DNA of 64,000 nt from Atractiella rhizophila (taxonomy: Eukaryota), in NCBI GenBank assembly GCA_021432655.1, contig MU271184.1, positions 186,001 through 250,000 of the forward strand. The letters run 5' to 3'. The translations under genes were made by a program, and so were the position numbers. Below the pieces are notes generated by a model. That model searched no databases, was not told the origin of the DNA, and was given only the letters and a program-made list of their open reading frames with translations. Below are positions 1-13,930 of this stretch, in pieces; positions within the stretch are counted from its first letter, which is position 1; each line of letters opens with the position of its first letter.

Positions 1-2490
1 TGGTAACAGAGCCCTCCTGAGTGGTCCTGCTTGTTTCTATGTCCTGTAATATTACCCTTCATCAGTGAAGTTCTTTGTTTAATTTGGAACATACCTGACT
101 ATCTTTCAAGGTATTGACATGGCTGCGAATGATGGTAGACATTGCCGCACGTGTCTTCTGTTGCATCCTGCTAATCAACGCTAATAGGGAAACCGAAATG
201 AGGTACTCACAAGTTTCTTGCCCAGGACCCTCTTTCCAGAGCATAGTGAGTAGCATCTCAACAACTTGTGCAGCATATACGTCCAAGAGGGATTTCTGCC
301 CATTCTCTTTTTGAACCTGAGTTGCTCCCAGCACTGATGTCCATAGAGAGGATGTGTGAAATAATAATTGAGCGCCCCAGACCTGCGAGAGTAAGCGTAA
401 AATGTTAGTCAGAGAACCTAAAGAATCATAGCTCTTTGTACAAGTCCTCCAATTCAAGCTCAGAATATCATGTAAAAACATAAAGCCGACATGATCATCC
501 TTGGCTGTAGAAAGCCGCTGTATAATATGTTCGAGAGCAGGATAAGCAGGTTGAGATGGGAAATGGTGATCCTCCAGCTCTCAACAAGTTGAAGCAACTC
601 CATTACATGAGGAACAGATGGAAGGCTAGTGGAAAAGAGTCCAGCGTTATGAGCAGGGCAGCAGGCACAGAAAGGCACGTACTCTTAACATTCAAAAACT
701 TTTGACGGTGTGAAGGTAAGAAACTTGAAGGTGGTCACCCGTGTGTAAAATAGCAATGCACCAGTGGGAGACAGATCAATTTCAATGGCTATGTTGGCGA
801 GCACTGCCAAAGCAGCGGCTTCTTCGGATTCTACTGTCATTTTGAACTGAGGCAACCAAACTGGTTAGAATCTGGCAAATGTAAATAAAGCACATATGTT
901 CCCTCTTGACTGCACTTTGGATGGTGGACTGGGGAGGGAAGGTTGGGTGGTAATATGATGAACTGGTCCCTAGCCTCCATAATGAACACCAATCAATCGG
1001 CAAAGAAAGAGACAAACATGGGCCAATTTCTGCAGTTGTTCTGGCAATATTTGTATGTTTCCCTATACTGGCTCCAATCAAGAAAGGTTTTCATTGAGGA
1101 TAGAACTAAGCTTACTGGTGTATGCAAGTTTGAAATAATTTCTACTTCAGGCTGTCAGATTACAAACCATGTTCGTTACTCAGCAAAGAACATTCATAAG
1201 CAACACACATTAAAGTGTTTGCCCTATCTGCTTGATTTCTCACTCCTAACAGACCTTTTTTCCTCCAAGCGTCATTTCTATTCACAATATAGTTTTGAAT
1301 GAGCTTCTTTGCCTTCCAGTTATTGTAACATAGGCCAATTCTGGAATCTGAGCTGACTAGAAGAGATTGACAACCAAGCTGGATGACATGCAGATACCCT
1401 CTCTGAAAAGACAGTTTTTTTATCTGGAAAGTGTCTCCTGGGATTTGCTGCAACATGACAGCGATTGCAATGGGTAAAAACATATCCTCTACCTGCCTGA
1501 CTTCATCTACTAAATATTTGGACCTATCTGAGTTACACAGCAGCGGCTATAGCAAAGCGGGCTGGAATTTTTGCCTTCCACTCTGCATCGGGCACATCCT
1601 TTGCAAGAGCTGACCAGTAAGTTCTCTATGCTTAGAGGAAGGGTCTTGGAGCTTCTTATGATCCAACTTCATGAGCCCAGCTTATCCATTTCGTTATGTC
1701 TTCTGTTAACCTTCAGGTGGCAAAACAGTGCCTTGACACGTTGACAATGCATCATTTTTCGGCATAGCACTGATAGCCTCTATGGGAATCGGTCAACTGT
1801 CAGCCTCAAACAATCAAGATCAGTTGAGAGATGTAGGGATGGAGAATGTAGACCAACACTTGGTTTAGAAGAAGGCATGGAAGAGGAGGAAGAAAGAATG
1901 ACGGACTGTATCTTCGCTATGAGTTGTGTATGGAACGACAGGGGTTACAACTTGTTTCAGGAGCTCTCAAAGCAAGAGGCTCTTGGTTGGGATAAACCGA
2001 AGTATCATCGATTTAGGTAAGCCACTTCATTTCCTTCTGGAAGGAGCTCATACAGTATGGACTAGGAATAGATCAGAATTTCTGCTGCAGTGGCCAATAT
2101 ACACTTCAAGGATGCACCATGGGGCTGACAGTCATAGCAAACAAAAAAGTTGCTATCAAAAAGTGTCCTCTTCTAGTATAGCCTTCTCTCATTCGCCTTC
2201 TTACTATTGACTGTATTTAACATGTCCTAACTGGAACAGACCTAGAATACTACTCTGAGTTTTACAACTCAAGAGCCAGACTACTATGCCAGCAAGTCTT
2301 TGTAAGAGCACTCGCAGAACTTGTATGATAATATCAGGAAAACGGGAGACAAGATTACAAAGCACTATATCTGTGGCGCACCCACGTCCATTCACTCTTC
2401 TTCACACCTAGATTTGAACGATGTCGATGAAGCCTCCTCTTCCCCCCCCCCCCATACCGTGAATATGGTCACGTCCATGTCTGGTATGAG

Positions 2491-3320
2491 TAGGGACTCG
2501 GATGACAATTCATGATAAGTTCATGACGACTAGTCATGAATTTTCAACCAAAATTTCAATTCATCAGTCATGTCACGGATCATACATTGCATTCATTATA
2601 AGTCGTGATTCTCAGGTGATTATTGATAACACTTCATGATTCAGTCATGAGGCAGGGTGGGAAAGAGTATTTCTGATTGGTATATATGTCTACTTTGTCT
2701 TAAAGTAATCAAACAGCTCTTTGTTTGTCCCAGGAAGCAATAGCAGGACGGAATGAATCTTGTGATAGATTTTGCTGGTGATCTGAAGTCCTCCCACACT
2801 GAAAGCACGTTCCGCATCAGTACTGGTCACTAAGGAAGGGTCATCAGAAGGCAAGGAGTAATGAAATGGTACACAACAGGGCAGGAGAGCACAGCTATTG
2901 CTAGCTTCACAAGATTAGGATAGCGGCTTCCTTGCCGTTCCCCATTCCAGCAAGCCAGTACATCAAGTCCTTGTGAGTCTTCTCTAGGTCATCTGCCAAG
3001 TACCACCTGATCTCATCATATTCCATCTCAACCATCTGCTGGTAATCTTTTCGATATGGAAACTGTGCTTCCACATCAGAGTCCTCCTCTTCTGGCAGAT
3101 CAGTTACAACTATGGTCTCTGCTGAAGGAGTAGGATGCTAGACCCTGAACTCCTCATGCAGCAATGTCCGAATATCTTGAATCCAGGAGGTGAGCCACCC
3201 TGCATGTTCATAGTACTAAGTTTGTGGTAAGGGTGGAGTACTAGGAGTTCACATCAGCTCATAGTAATAACCAAGAGAGATAAATCCATTGCCAACTTAT
3301 ACAAGCTTGTCTCTTGAATA
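2491..3320 (-). mobile_element. Degenerate hAT transposon 3' remnant (terminus, TCATGA-rich subterminal region, transposase C-terminal fragment)
   Basis: TAGGG-type terminus at 2491 followed by many TCATGA/GTCATG motifs to ~2650. Minus-strand broken translation gives HPYHKL..YYEHAGWLTSWIQDIRTLLHEEF, DEIRWYL and VTSTDAERAFS, typical of the hAT C-terminal/dimerisation region. Stops and frameshifts present; right boundary approximate. Confidence 0.6.
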
Positions 3321-3574
3321 ATATTTATTAAGAACCGCAATCGCGTGACAAGCATCCAACTGAATAAACGGATTCGTGTTTCGGTTAAGCTTGATGTTGC
3401 GAAGGTTATGATCAAACTTATCGAGATAAAGGATTATGTCGGTAAGGAGCACCCGTTATTAGTGGAGCGGCTGTGTGAGGATGCAGTGGTGGTGTTGGGA
3501 TCCTGTTCCATTCTTTCTTTCGCCGGGTTTGTGGATCCTGGGGTGTGGGTTGACGGGTTGATGCGGAAGATCTT

Positions 3575-4465
3575 CAAGCGTCCTACGATTCAGTGATATT
3601 GTAGTGTTGCCACCTCTTCATTTAGTCTGTACAGCTGAATCTGTAATGTAGACCTGTGCAAATGTTTCACACCCTTCTTGTTGTGGTAACAGAGTGCCAA
3701 TAAGGTGGCACAGCTCTCCCTGAATTTTGAAGGAGTAGGGACCATGTCCAAGAATTGATACCTGGCGGACGCCTAAGGATGTAAATGCAAAAGCATTATT
3801 GAATATCCTGATATGCTCTCAAAATGCCTTTGACTCTATAATGATTGTTCCTCTCAGATATGCATATGCAATAAATTGAATAGAAATACTTACCTGTTGT
3901 ATTGTGATGTGTAAAATGCTTTCGTGGCTCTTCAGGCGGAGGTGAAGGAACAGGTAGCAGCACCTTGCTGTGGAGACAGCACAATGCAAACTTTGGATTT
4001 CGTTGTGGGCTGTTAACGATCTTCTCTTCCCTCCAATGAAAGGCTTTGCAATGTGTACAAAGTAATCCCCAAGTAGAGAGGTGGTGTGCCTCAAGATCCA
4101 TATCAGGTGAGTAGTTGAATGCAGGATAGTGATGTTGCCTTATTTTGCCTCGCAACAACAGGATTAATGCCCTATCCTCATCACTGTCCACACCATCAGG
4201 ATCAGGAGAGGATGGCTATGATCAGGTTTCTTCTTCGCTGTACTCCTCAGGGGAGGATGAATGCTGTCTCCAATGTCGTCGAGCTGGTCGTGACGATAGA
4301 GATAGTGAAGAGCTTCGACGGTGCAGCTGACACTGACGTGGAGCCCTAGTTGATCTTGTCTCATATTGAGGTGGAGTAGGTGGAGTAGGATTAAAACGTG
4401 CAGGGCGTCGCCTCTCTCTTGCAGGACGACCTTGGTGTAGGGCGCCTCCTGCTGCGGAGATTGAT
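3575..4465 (-). pseudogene. Helitron Rep/helicase N-terminal region (pseudogene)
   Basis: CTHCKAFHWREE...FALCCLHSKVLLPVPSPPP, followed after a probable intron by AFAFTSLG...GPYSFKIQGELCHLIGTLLP...FAQVYITD. Both are conserved Helitron N-terminal motifs. In-frame stop, then truncation. Confidence 0.75.
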
Positions 4466-4473
4466 GCCGTTTG

Positions 4474-7400
4474 TAGGGATGGCTATCGTACCGTATCGTC
4501 GTCTCAGCACCACTTCCGGACGGTACGTGCCCTTTATCGGCTCGTATCATACCGTAACAAATTTTGGTTGTCAGATACGTACGGGTACGGCGGAAAACGG
4601 GAGAATACGACGGATTACGGGTTATATGGCATAGTAATTTCGTCACAGCCTTAGGTATAACAATTTCATCTCTTCTGAGCCTCCCGCTCTGCAATGTCAT
4701 CCTCCAATGTCTTCAGCTCCCTCTGCAACTCTGTAAGATGAGATTTCCGTTGCAAGCGCAATGTGGTCTTGAGCATGATAAGATCACGTATACTCTCAGG
4801 ATCTAGACGGTGACAGCGAATACCTATGGTATCACGAGCTCCAGAGAAGATGCGCTCGACTCCCACAGCACAAGTTATAACAATCAAAACCTGAAAACAA
4901 GTGAGGACACTTTGGGAAGACACATACCCGGAATAGCCAAAATATCTCGAGCCAGACGAGACAAGTTGCGCACGTTGTGCTTCGACTCGTGCTTTCAAAA
5001 GATAAGTGGATCCACTCCCCAAGCCAGTGGTGCATGCTTGAAGAGGTAGTTGATTTCCTTCATCACTCCAACGTTATCCGCTCCTGTTTTTGGACCATGA
5101 CCAATAGATGCGAGATAATCGGCCGTCAGGTTCGGATTCACCCGTGACAGTGTGTTGAACTGTTGTGTGGGGAGCTTCGTAGTAGTGATCTCGAAAGAGG
5201 TCGATGAAATTTGATTTGTGTTTTTCAATCTCGTCCCGTTCCGAGTCGAATACAGAGCAGTTGAGGAATGACACACCGAGACGAGGATCACAGACTATTT
5301 CGCAAATTTTGTCAGTCATAGGTGCTGGTGGTTATAAGAAAGAACTTACTAATTGCATATACATAATAAGGAGAGAGATCTGAGCAATAATGGTAGTCAC
5401 TCAACTTGTAATAACAGTCGAGAAGAGCCTGGCGATATTCCTTATCCACAGCTGTGTCCGTAAGCTTCGAGATCTCTCCCTTCAGAAATCCGAGCAGAGA
5501 ATGGTATACTCCGAGTGTTTGAGAGAGACAAGATGTCTGGCTCATCGACATGTCATATGTCGCTTGTCGGAAAACCGCGAGCCATTTGCACACCTGAGCA
5601 GTAGTCAGAATTAGAACATCTGGCATGTAGAAATGTTAAGAGTAGGAGACGCGCCTGTTCAACTGAATTCCACTCCTTCTCACTCAGATGCAGCATGAAC
5701 AGAAGCTCATGGCGATCGGAATAAGTTTCGATGACATCCTTGTATCGAATTCCAAGGTCCAGCATGTTGTGGTTGATCCCCACCGTGTCCGAACGTCAAG
5801 GATGAGCATGCGGAGGGACTCATCGGAAAGGCTCTCGTAGGTCTTCAAATCATCCTTCAAAAGATCTAACCAGCTCTTTTGACGTTGAGGAGAGCCATGA
5901 ACGTGTTTGATGATGGCTCGAAGCTATCAGACGATTAAGAAAGTACAGCAGCATCAATAGAAGCAACAAGCATACCTTTGGTATCGCTCCATTGACTGTT
6001 CAAATCCAGTTCTACTTATTCAATTCCTCCTCACCCAGTTGTGCAGCATTGTCTTGTGTGACTGTAGGATCCTCCGTCACGCACTCTTGGTACAATGCAT
6101 CCTTAGTGAAGGTGGTCGAAGCTGAAGTTGTCGGAAGTGAAGTATCAAGTTTAGAATGCTTCGTATTTGTGACAAGAGGCATGGCGGGAGGTTTCATGAT
6201 TGGAGCTGAAGGCTTTGGCCAAACGTTCAAGAAGTCCAGCAGGGCGATAACGGCCAGATGAATGATATGAGGCATGCAAAGTATGTGCCTTTCAGTGGCA
6301 TTGAACTCGATATTTCTTTTCTTTAGCCGCTGTTCGATACCGCTTAATGTTGTCTTGTTGTTAGAAGCACCATCCATGGTAAAGCACCCAATCTATAACT
6401 CAGGTTGTTAGTGAGTGAACACAACTAGTAAAGCAGAGGCTGACCAAATTCGCCAATCCAAATTTATCGACCACCTTCATAATCACATCCGCCATATTCT
6501 CTCCTGAATGAGCTCCAATAAGCTCTTCAAATCCCAGCACAACCTCCACCAGTTCCCAGTCGCTGTTGATGAATTGACTGATAAGACAGAGGAATGCATA
6601 ATGGTTTTCGGAAGTCCAGTTGTCAAGCGAGAGGTGAACTTTGGATTTATCACACATCAGTGAAACACATTGATAACCAAAGAGTAGACTGACCTTCAGA
6701 GTTTGCGCAAGCTTCTCATTGCTTCTTTCTGCATACGCATGTATTTGCTCCTTCAGCACCTTACGACTTGGTATCTCCATCTTCTTCTTTGGACTTTTAC
6801 CAGATTCTTCCACAAATTGCAGTCCGCCTTTCGTAAGATCCGTAAGCCGTATTTCTTTGGCAGAAGGCAGTGTCCATTGGAGGTAGATGAGGAGTTCTTG
6901 AAAGGCTGGACTGTCCACAATCGAGAAGGGAAGATCTTCTTCAACAACAACTCGATTAAGCAGATCAGCAAAGATGGCAGAGTCAAACCCCTGAGAAACA
7001 TTGACGTGCTCATTCAGTAGTAGCACTAGTGAATCAGTGAATCACATACCTGTGTATGATATTTCTCCATTGCCCGACTCAGAATATCATCAATGCCCTT
7101 AGATTTTTTCTTTGAGGTCATGCCATCCATTTCTCCGATCTACAAGCCCGCTATTAAAACTTAGTACACAGTCAGGCCAGGAACAAACTGGAATGGTTCC
7201 TGCTGCCTTCTGAAGCTCTTCCTCAGTAATCTCCATACAACTCTTTTGTTTTTCCTTTAGAAGTCTAAAGAGTGGCACAACAGTCCTGCCATGATTTTCA
7301 ACAAGATGATTGCATAAAGTTTTTGTATTTCCATTGCTGGCTACACTGGATCGCAGGACTATGCTGCAATGGTTGCAGCCGAGATATTTATCGCCCACCT

Positions 7401-8866
7401 TATGTTTCGGTTTGAGATGACCAGGAACCTCCTTCCACTTGACAGAATGGAAAAAGTAGTGGACAACGGCACGATGGGGGTTGATGGTGACTGATGGGCT
7501 CTAACATAGGATCAGAATTACTAAATCGTGAGGAAATAAGCACATACATCATTATCACCTGGGAGTGCATGTGATGTTGCTCCGCTGGAGAAAGTTGACT
7601 TAACGACTAAGTCTCCACCAGAATCGAGCTATCCACAGATTTCAGTCACTCAACAATCCACATGCAGACGAACATACCTTCCGCCTTTTGTTTTTCTTCT
7701 TTGAGCTATCTATCTTCAATGGCAAAATCTGCGCAACTTCAGCCGCTTTAATCTCTTCAGGCGCCAGTTCCATCCTCAGATCTTCTCCTTCTCCATCCTC
7801 ATCTTGATCTGGCAGAAATAGCTGGTCTGGACCTGGCAAATCCACAAGCCTTCCGGTAGGAGGATGCGTGAATGTGCTCGGCTGCCGCACAGAGATATGC
7901 TTTGCGGGCACATAGTGTTACCTCGGGAACGGAAGTGACGTGCTGAAACCGTTTCCACAGGGTTGCAAACATCTTGAGCCCGTCTCGATATCCAACATCG
8001 TTGAGGGAGGAAGGGCACCATCCTGAGAACGCTGCATGAAAGGGGTCATCGTTATCCTCTGCCTGAGAGTCGAGTTGAGTGAGAAGGGCAAGGGTCTTCT
8101 TGTATAAATCTGACGTTTTCTATATATGCCCAAGTTCAGCATCAGATCTAAGGCAATGACAGATAGCAAAAGATGTGCTCACTCCACTGGCATGCTGAGG
8201 TGTCGTTGAGCTAGCAGACACCAGAGCTTTGACAAACTCATATCCAGGTATTCCGCAAAGCCTTGAATGTTATTCGTGCCCAAGAATGCTTCGGGTAGAG
8301 GCAAAATCACTTACTCAGCTTCCAAATCTTTCTTCCTTCGCTTCTCGCTTAACGCAGTTCCATCTTCATTATTCCACTTTGACATATCCTTTAAAGTCTG
8401 CTGCCGCTGACTTTTTTTCCGCTCTTGTGGTGCCATTGCAGTTGTGACTGGTTGAATCAAGGACGTCGAGAATGGAGAGAGTCGAAGGTGTTTATATGTT
8501 TAAGAAGAGGAAGGACGTGTTATGGGCATGAGCGCTCGTCTTGTTTCATAAGCTGCAGCCTCAATGTGTCAGTTTTGAAGAATCTAAGAATGCTGCAAAG
8601 GAATCACGGACCACGGGATTGAGAGAGTATGTAACTCTCGAACTACTGCCTCCACTATCCTCCTTTGTAACCCATGGCTCCAGCTGCATATCGTCTTCTC
8701 CACCGTAACCCGTAATACGATGGATTTTCTGGATGAAAACGGACGGGACGTGGAGGATGGCGTATCGGATCGGATCGTCCCAAAGACCAGTCAAGCGGGA
8801 CGGACGGGTAAGGTACACGTATCGGACACGTACGTCCAGGACGTTGCGATCCGATCGCCATCCCTA
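4474..8866 (-). mobile_element. Complete hAT (Ac-like) DNA transposon, 4393 bp
   Basis: Inverted termini TAGGGATGGC (4474) and GCCATCCCTA (8866). 8-bp TSD GCCGTTTG at 4466-4473 and 8867-8874. ACGG/CCGT-rich subterminal repeats at both ends. Internal transposase. Confidence 0.95.
4666..8385 (-). pseudogene. Multi-exon hAT transposase with BED zinc finger; probably frameshifted
   Basis: Exon ORFs: BED finger CNHC...LCNHLVENH (7099-7398), HLSLDNWTS (6400-7026), MDGASNN and CMPHIIHL (6012-6377), LDVRTRW (~5790), VERIFS...RLDPESIRDLIMLK (4666-5022). Likely ATG at 8385. Apparent 1-nt loss at WGST/HNML near 5775. Exon borders not fully resolved. Confidence 0.85.
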
Positions 8867-9339
8867 GCCGTTTGGATCGGCGCTCTCGATTTCTTGTTTG
8901 ATTTCTCTGAATTGCACGTGGTATGAGAGTGTAGCTTGCTGCACGTAACAAAATGATGAGTGAAGAATATATAAGCCAGAGTCCACACACCTATGCTTTT
9001 TTTGCTTGATTTGATTTGATGCTAACAGGCTCAGGGATACTATGGTAGACTGTTTTGCTCACTTTCCCTCATAGTTGGCAAACAATAATTTTTGGCACAT
9101 GACATGAGAAGTCTATGAAAGCTCTGAAGAAATTGCGGGCAGCAGTTTGCACACAACAGGATAGCTTGGCAGTGACAAAATGTGACATGACTGAGACTCG
9201 AACCCACACCAGCACCAATCATTCAAGACCCAACTACCAACCATACACTCTTTAGCTAGACAGCTTATTTGAGTAGGTAAGGAAATTTTTTGTCAAAGTG
9301 CCGAAGTCGGTCACTTGACTCAGTCATGGAAGACAACTA

Positions 9340-9600
9340 TTTTTTGTCCTTTAAATAAGCTTTATTGTATATGGTTGGAAAGGTGCTGACACGTGTAGTC
9401 TGGTGGTATGCTCAGAATTTTGATAGGGTTGTTTTGGACCAAGAAGTCAACTGAGTCAGTAAGGAAAACAATTTTTTTTCGTCTTTCAAATAGGCTTTGT
9501 TGTATGCGGTTCGAAAGGCGCCGACACGCGTATTCTGGTGGTGTACTCAGAGTTCTGATAGGGCTGTTGTTCGCAGTGATATAAGTGCTCAAATGTACAT
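9340..9600. repeat. Two diverged ~134-bp tandem units in the Helitron 5' region
   Basis: TGTATATGGTTGGAAAGGTGCTGACACGTG at ~9367 recurs as TGTATGCGGTTCGAAAGGCGCCGACACGCG at ~9501. Confidence 0.65.
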
Positions 9601-12059
9601 GCGTGAGTCATGGTCAAAACCCGTTGTGCTTTTTATATAAGGATTTGTATTTTTTCCTGGCGGCCGTGCTAAACCCTCTGCTAGTTGGTATGCAGAGGTA
9701 TTGTGAGGGGAGTTACGGAATCGGAGTACTCTGGAGGATAGTCAGTTCCCTTATTATTTGATTTCTTCGTGAGAATTTTTAGAGGGTTGAAAAGCTGAAA
9801 GAGAAAGAGGAACCTGGGTTTTGGTCGAGCATTACGCGTTAGGGCATGGGGTCCGTTTATTTCATGTAAACACCGCTTTGAGGGTCAATTTTTGGCTGGA
9901 TCTGCTCCACGAATCCTTCTGATCAAAAGGATAGAAGGAAACGGACTTGAGAAGTGAGCACATTTCTTACCTCTTCAAGACTGAACGAGCCTACTACCAC
10001 AACCTGCAACAATATTATTTGTGAGTGTAACCTACTACAGAGTGTCGTAAACTTTCCCGGAAAATTTGAGCAGATATCTTACAGTAAAAGCACGTTGTTG
10101 TTGTTGAGTCAATTAACGAGCCAACTTATTGAGTACAAGACTATGCAGCTCTGCAACCCAAAGATTATAATAGAGATAAACAGAGATAATGGGTACAGGA
10201 ATTGTGGACAAAGATCTACTCAAAAGGTGACTCTAAGAGAGAAAATAAGAAAGATGAAATATGTAGTAAAATGAGGGCTGATTGTAGAGAATGCTGAAGT
10301 GTTTTAAGGAAATAGATTACTGAAAGTAATTCCGAAAACGTGCAGTTTCTCTCAAAAATTCGAGAAAGACCTTGGGATCGTCTTTCGTTGGCAAAAAAGG
10401 CGATATCATCTATAAAACCTACTCCCGAGGTTAGTTTGAAATCTGGAATTCGAAGTAAGTTGGCATTCTTGACAAGGAAAAGGATGGGTAAAAGATGGAT
10501 CTGACGTGAAGCCGTTGCAGGTGTAGCTTGTTGATCTACCCCTCAGCCAATCTCCCGCGATTCTCAAGAACTTTGGGTCCAGTCTTGCCTTCTTCGGGTC
10601 ACCAACCAGATGAGAGTGGATAACTGAAGGAACGCTCCCTTCACCTCAAGAAAAGCCGCCGTCACTGCATGTTTTGTCCTCCATGCGTCAAAAATGTAGC
10701 TAGTGGCATATGTCAGCGCATCAGATGAGCTGCGTCCCGGGCTACCACTAAAATGATGATCCAGAAGGAGAGCTTTTGGAAAAAAGGAAAGTTTGCCGGC
10801 AGGACACCATCGTAGACCTTTGTGAACATTGAACGGACGGTAGGCTTTCGGAACAGAATAGCCTACCCGTTTGGGTTTCCGTTAGATGATGGTGTTGAAG
10901 TGTTTCCACTTCTTCGGATGGTTCCAATCTGGTAGGCAGGGGCAATGATGGTGTGGAGAGGATGCCTGATAATCTGCCAAAACTCCTTGAGAACACGGTA
11001 GGAACCTCCATCGATTTCAGGTGCAGATTTCCTGGGGTGTGCTACAACGAGCTCCTCAGTTGAGATACTACCGAAGTCGATCGAATTCGAGACTGAATCC
11101 TAGTGAGACGAGGAGGGGGATGCGCTGCCAGAAGCAATGTTCGAGAGGGTTAGGTTGGGATGTAGTGCGTTGAAAGCATGATGGAGGAGAGAAGCTTTGT
11201 CGGAATTCTCGAAGGATGTTGTGTTGTTGTGGACGAGTGCATGAATGAAATCCGATCCAGAGTTCCTTTTCGCGTTTGTTGCTGCTGTCCAGATGTTGTT
11301 CCGATTGACGTTGGAGAGGAAGTTCCATCAACTTCGTGTTCTTGAGTCTCCATCTTTTCTTGGTACCGCCTCAAAGCTCTTACCCACCTATTTACTCACC
11401 GTCGAGGTTTGTGAAGAGGTGGTGAACGAAGGAGCTATCAGAGCTGAAGAATGCGGGATCCACAGTCGTAATAGGCTCAAGAAATTTGGGCTGGAGGAGG
11501 ATTATAAGGAGTGGATGAGAGTGGAAGAGAGTGGAGGCAGGGTACTAGGAGAAGGGTTTTGTCCCAGAAGACGTCGACGACAGGATGATATGGACGGCTA
11601 CAAACCACGTGAAGGAAGACCAAGACGGGAGACCGCTGCCGCCCCTTCAACGACAGGATGGGGACTTCGAATTCGACCATCAACGAAAGCTCTCCTTGTG
11701 AAGGAAGAGGAGCAAGCAAGAAGGGGAGAGAATTTTTTTAAATTTTTAATACCATTTCTAGAGCCATTTTTTTATGCTCCTCTATGACCAACAACACTCC
11801 TCCATCTAGAACAGAAAACATGCAACTCAAGTATCGCCCTCTTTTAGACCTCTCTAACTTTGGCTTAAACGTGGGAGTGCAAGGATGCCCTACACGAGAA
11901 ACGAGACAAGACACCTAATAAACTGACCCATTGGAAACTGAGAGGATTCTGCAAACCTGCCTCTCAGACTGTACCCACGTCTCCTTCTCCCTCTTCCTCG
12001 GTTATTCCCCTCCATTCCTTCCTGACCCCTCCGTCTTGTTCTTCTCTAGCCTCCTCGGA

Positions 12060-12260
12060 TTCCCCACTTGCGAATCAAATGCATGTTTCTTTCAGTAGAC
12101 AACTGCACGCATCCTGTCCTCCTCAAGAAAGCCTCCAATCTTGCGCACTTCAATTCTTCTTCCTGAGCGCCTTCTGATCGCCACCCTCTGATCTATGAAA
12201 GCAGAACATGTGAGGAGGCAGTGCTCGGCAGTATCCAGCTCTCCCTCCCCGCGCTGATCA
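12060..12260 (-). mobile_element. LINE (Tad1-like) ORF2 3' fragment
   Basis: DTAEHCLLTCSAFIDQRVAIRRRSG resembles the C-terminal zinc-binding H..C..R motif of fungal LINE ORF2, as also seen at 63.4 kb. Short and approximate. Confidence 0.45.
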
Positions 12261-13665
12261 TGTACGCGACTCCTGAAAAGGTAATCTGGAAACCCAAGTG
12301 CCTTGTCCTCAACGGCGTGATGACGGCGCACGTTGGTCTGGAAGTGATGCCAGCGCTGCTGTAGGTATGACGACTGAGGAGGTTGGAGCCTCTCTTTCGG
12401 TGTTTTGAGGCGGAGTTCCGTATTATGAGACATCAGCAAGATTGGGGTCAAGGCCTCTGCTGTTTTTGAGTGAATTGTCCGCCAAATCATGGATTCAGAC
12501 CTGGATACGAATCCGCAGAGCAGGTTGAAGAAGCGGAAGGCCCGTTGCATTTTCATTCGATCTTCTTGCATCCGACGCTGCGCTGCTCTATTATTCAGCT
12601 TTGTGTTCTTCAATTTTAAAAGCTATTCGCGCAAGTGCGAAGACCATGCTCCTCTTCTCGCAGCCCTCCGCGCACTCGGGACTGTACCAATTGGTTCTCA
12701 TCCAACCAAAGATCCCGGTATCCCATCAAATGAGCATGTCAGAGAACAATGAGGCGTCAATCACCCACAGGCCTTATTTCTTGGGAAGGCGACGGAATAG
12801 TCGGGTCAAACGGTGATTCCCGATGGATAATACAGGATTCCTCCGTCATTTGGAAGAAATGATGGATCAAGGCGCACATTTTTGCATACCCCAGATCAAA
12901 CGGTCATCATCACGAACAGTCATGCGTAATACATACTCTGGGTGAATGCCAGTGGACATGAATGGTTATCACCTTTTTTGGATAAATGTCCCTGAATCAA
13001 ACCGTCATCTCTTGTCAATGGGTTGGACGGGCTGTGGTAGTCGCATCTTTATGAGAAAGCGCAACCATGCCATGCAATAGCGATAACAGAATAGGGGCGC
13101 ACTTTTCGCCCTTGCCCAACGACCTCAACCCTTATCTTTACCTGAACAGGCGACGCACCTCAGCTGCCAAAGTGACTATCCCTCGGCTCTGTCCGTCCTC
13201 CTCATCGAGGCTTGAATTGGCTGCGAAAGGCCGGGCTGAGTCCACCGGAGGCTGAAAGCCGTAAAAAAAAATCAAGGCTGGACGTCATGGCCATAATTCA
13301 AAATGAGGTGCTAAATGAGGTTTAAAAGCACCTTGCCATCCCCAAACACTCTGTAAGACCTGTCGGATCCAGCAAGGTGAAGAAACAAGACATGGAGTTG
13401 GCATGGAGTGCCCAGCCCTGGAAGAAGCTTGGGAGCAAAGCCGTGGCCCCAGGGGCTAAGGGATGAGGGGGGCTGCAGCTACACAGCCGGTGTTTGCTGT
13501 TCATGGTAAGGAACCCTCTTCCAAGTGCTATGCCAGTATAGAGTATACCTAGTAAAATACTCGTACATAACTGCTTTACATCGTGTAGCACGTGAGCTCT
13601 GCACGAGTTAAATTTTCACTAGCTGTTAGTCACAATATTCTCAGTTAGATAGGTAATGATAGCAA

Positions 13666-13930
13666 TCCTTCCTTAATTAAAAAGCAGGACGGGTTTGACC
13701 ATGACTCATGCATGTGCTTTTGAGCGCTTATATCACCGCCCACAACAAACCTTTCAGAATTCTGTGTATATCACCAGAATACGCGTTTCGGCGCCGTTCG
13801 AACCATATACAGCAAAGCTTATCTAAAAGACACAAAATAATTTTCCTCATGACTGAGTCAAGTGACTGACTTTAGCACTTTTGGCAAGACTTTTCTTACT
13901 TACTCGAAATAACCTGCAAGGTAAAAAGTT
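13666..13930 (+). mobile_element. Second Helitron 5' end, same family as 9643, opposite orientation
   Basis: A|TCCTTCCTTAATTAAAAAGCAGGACGGGTTTGACCATGACTCA aligns with the reverse complement of ~9260-9643 but has only one copy of the 134-bp unit. Confidence 0.65.

Larger units (their letters stand above)
3570..9643 (-). mobile_element. Helitron remnant (5' end at 9643), interrupted by the hAT element and truncated near 3570
   Basis: Minus strand begins A|TCCTTATATAAAAAGC at 9643, a Helitron-type TC start after A. Sequence on either side of the hAT insertion reads through into a Helitron Rep N-terminus. No 3' CTRR end found. Confidence 0.7.

Noticed and set aside
1..2450. Degenerate coding-like sequence
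   Set aside because: Multiple stops in all frames and no motif I can recognise.
11245..11787. 180-aa ORF
   Set aside because: Low-complexity purine-rich translation with no recognisable domain; probably a chance or antisense ORF.
13500..13622. Helitron 3' end (TCGTGTAG..CTGCACGA hairpin then CTAG) and weak similarity to 15080-15170
   Set aside because: CTAG is followed by C rather than T, the stem is short, and no linked 5' end was found. Too weak to call.
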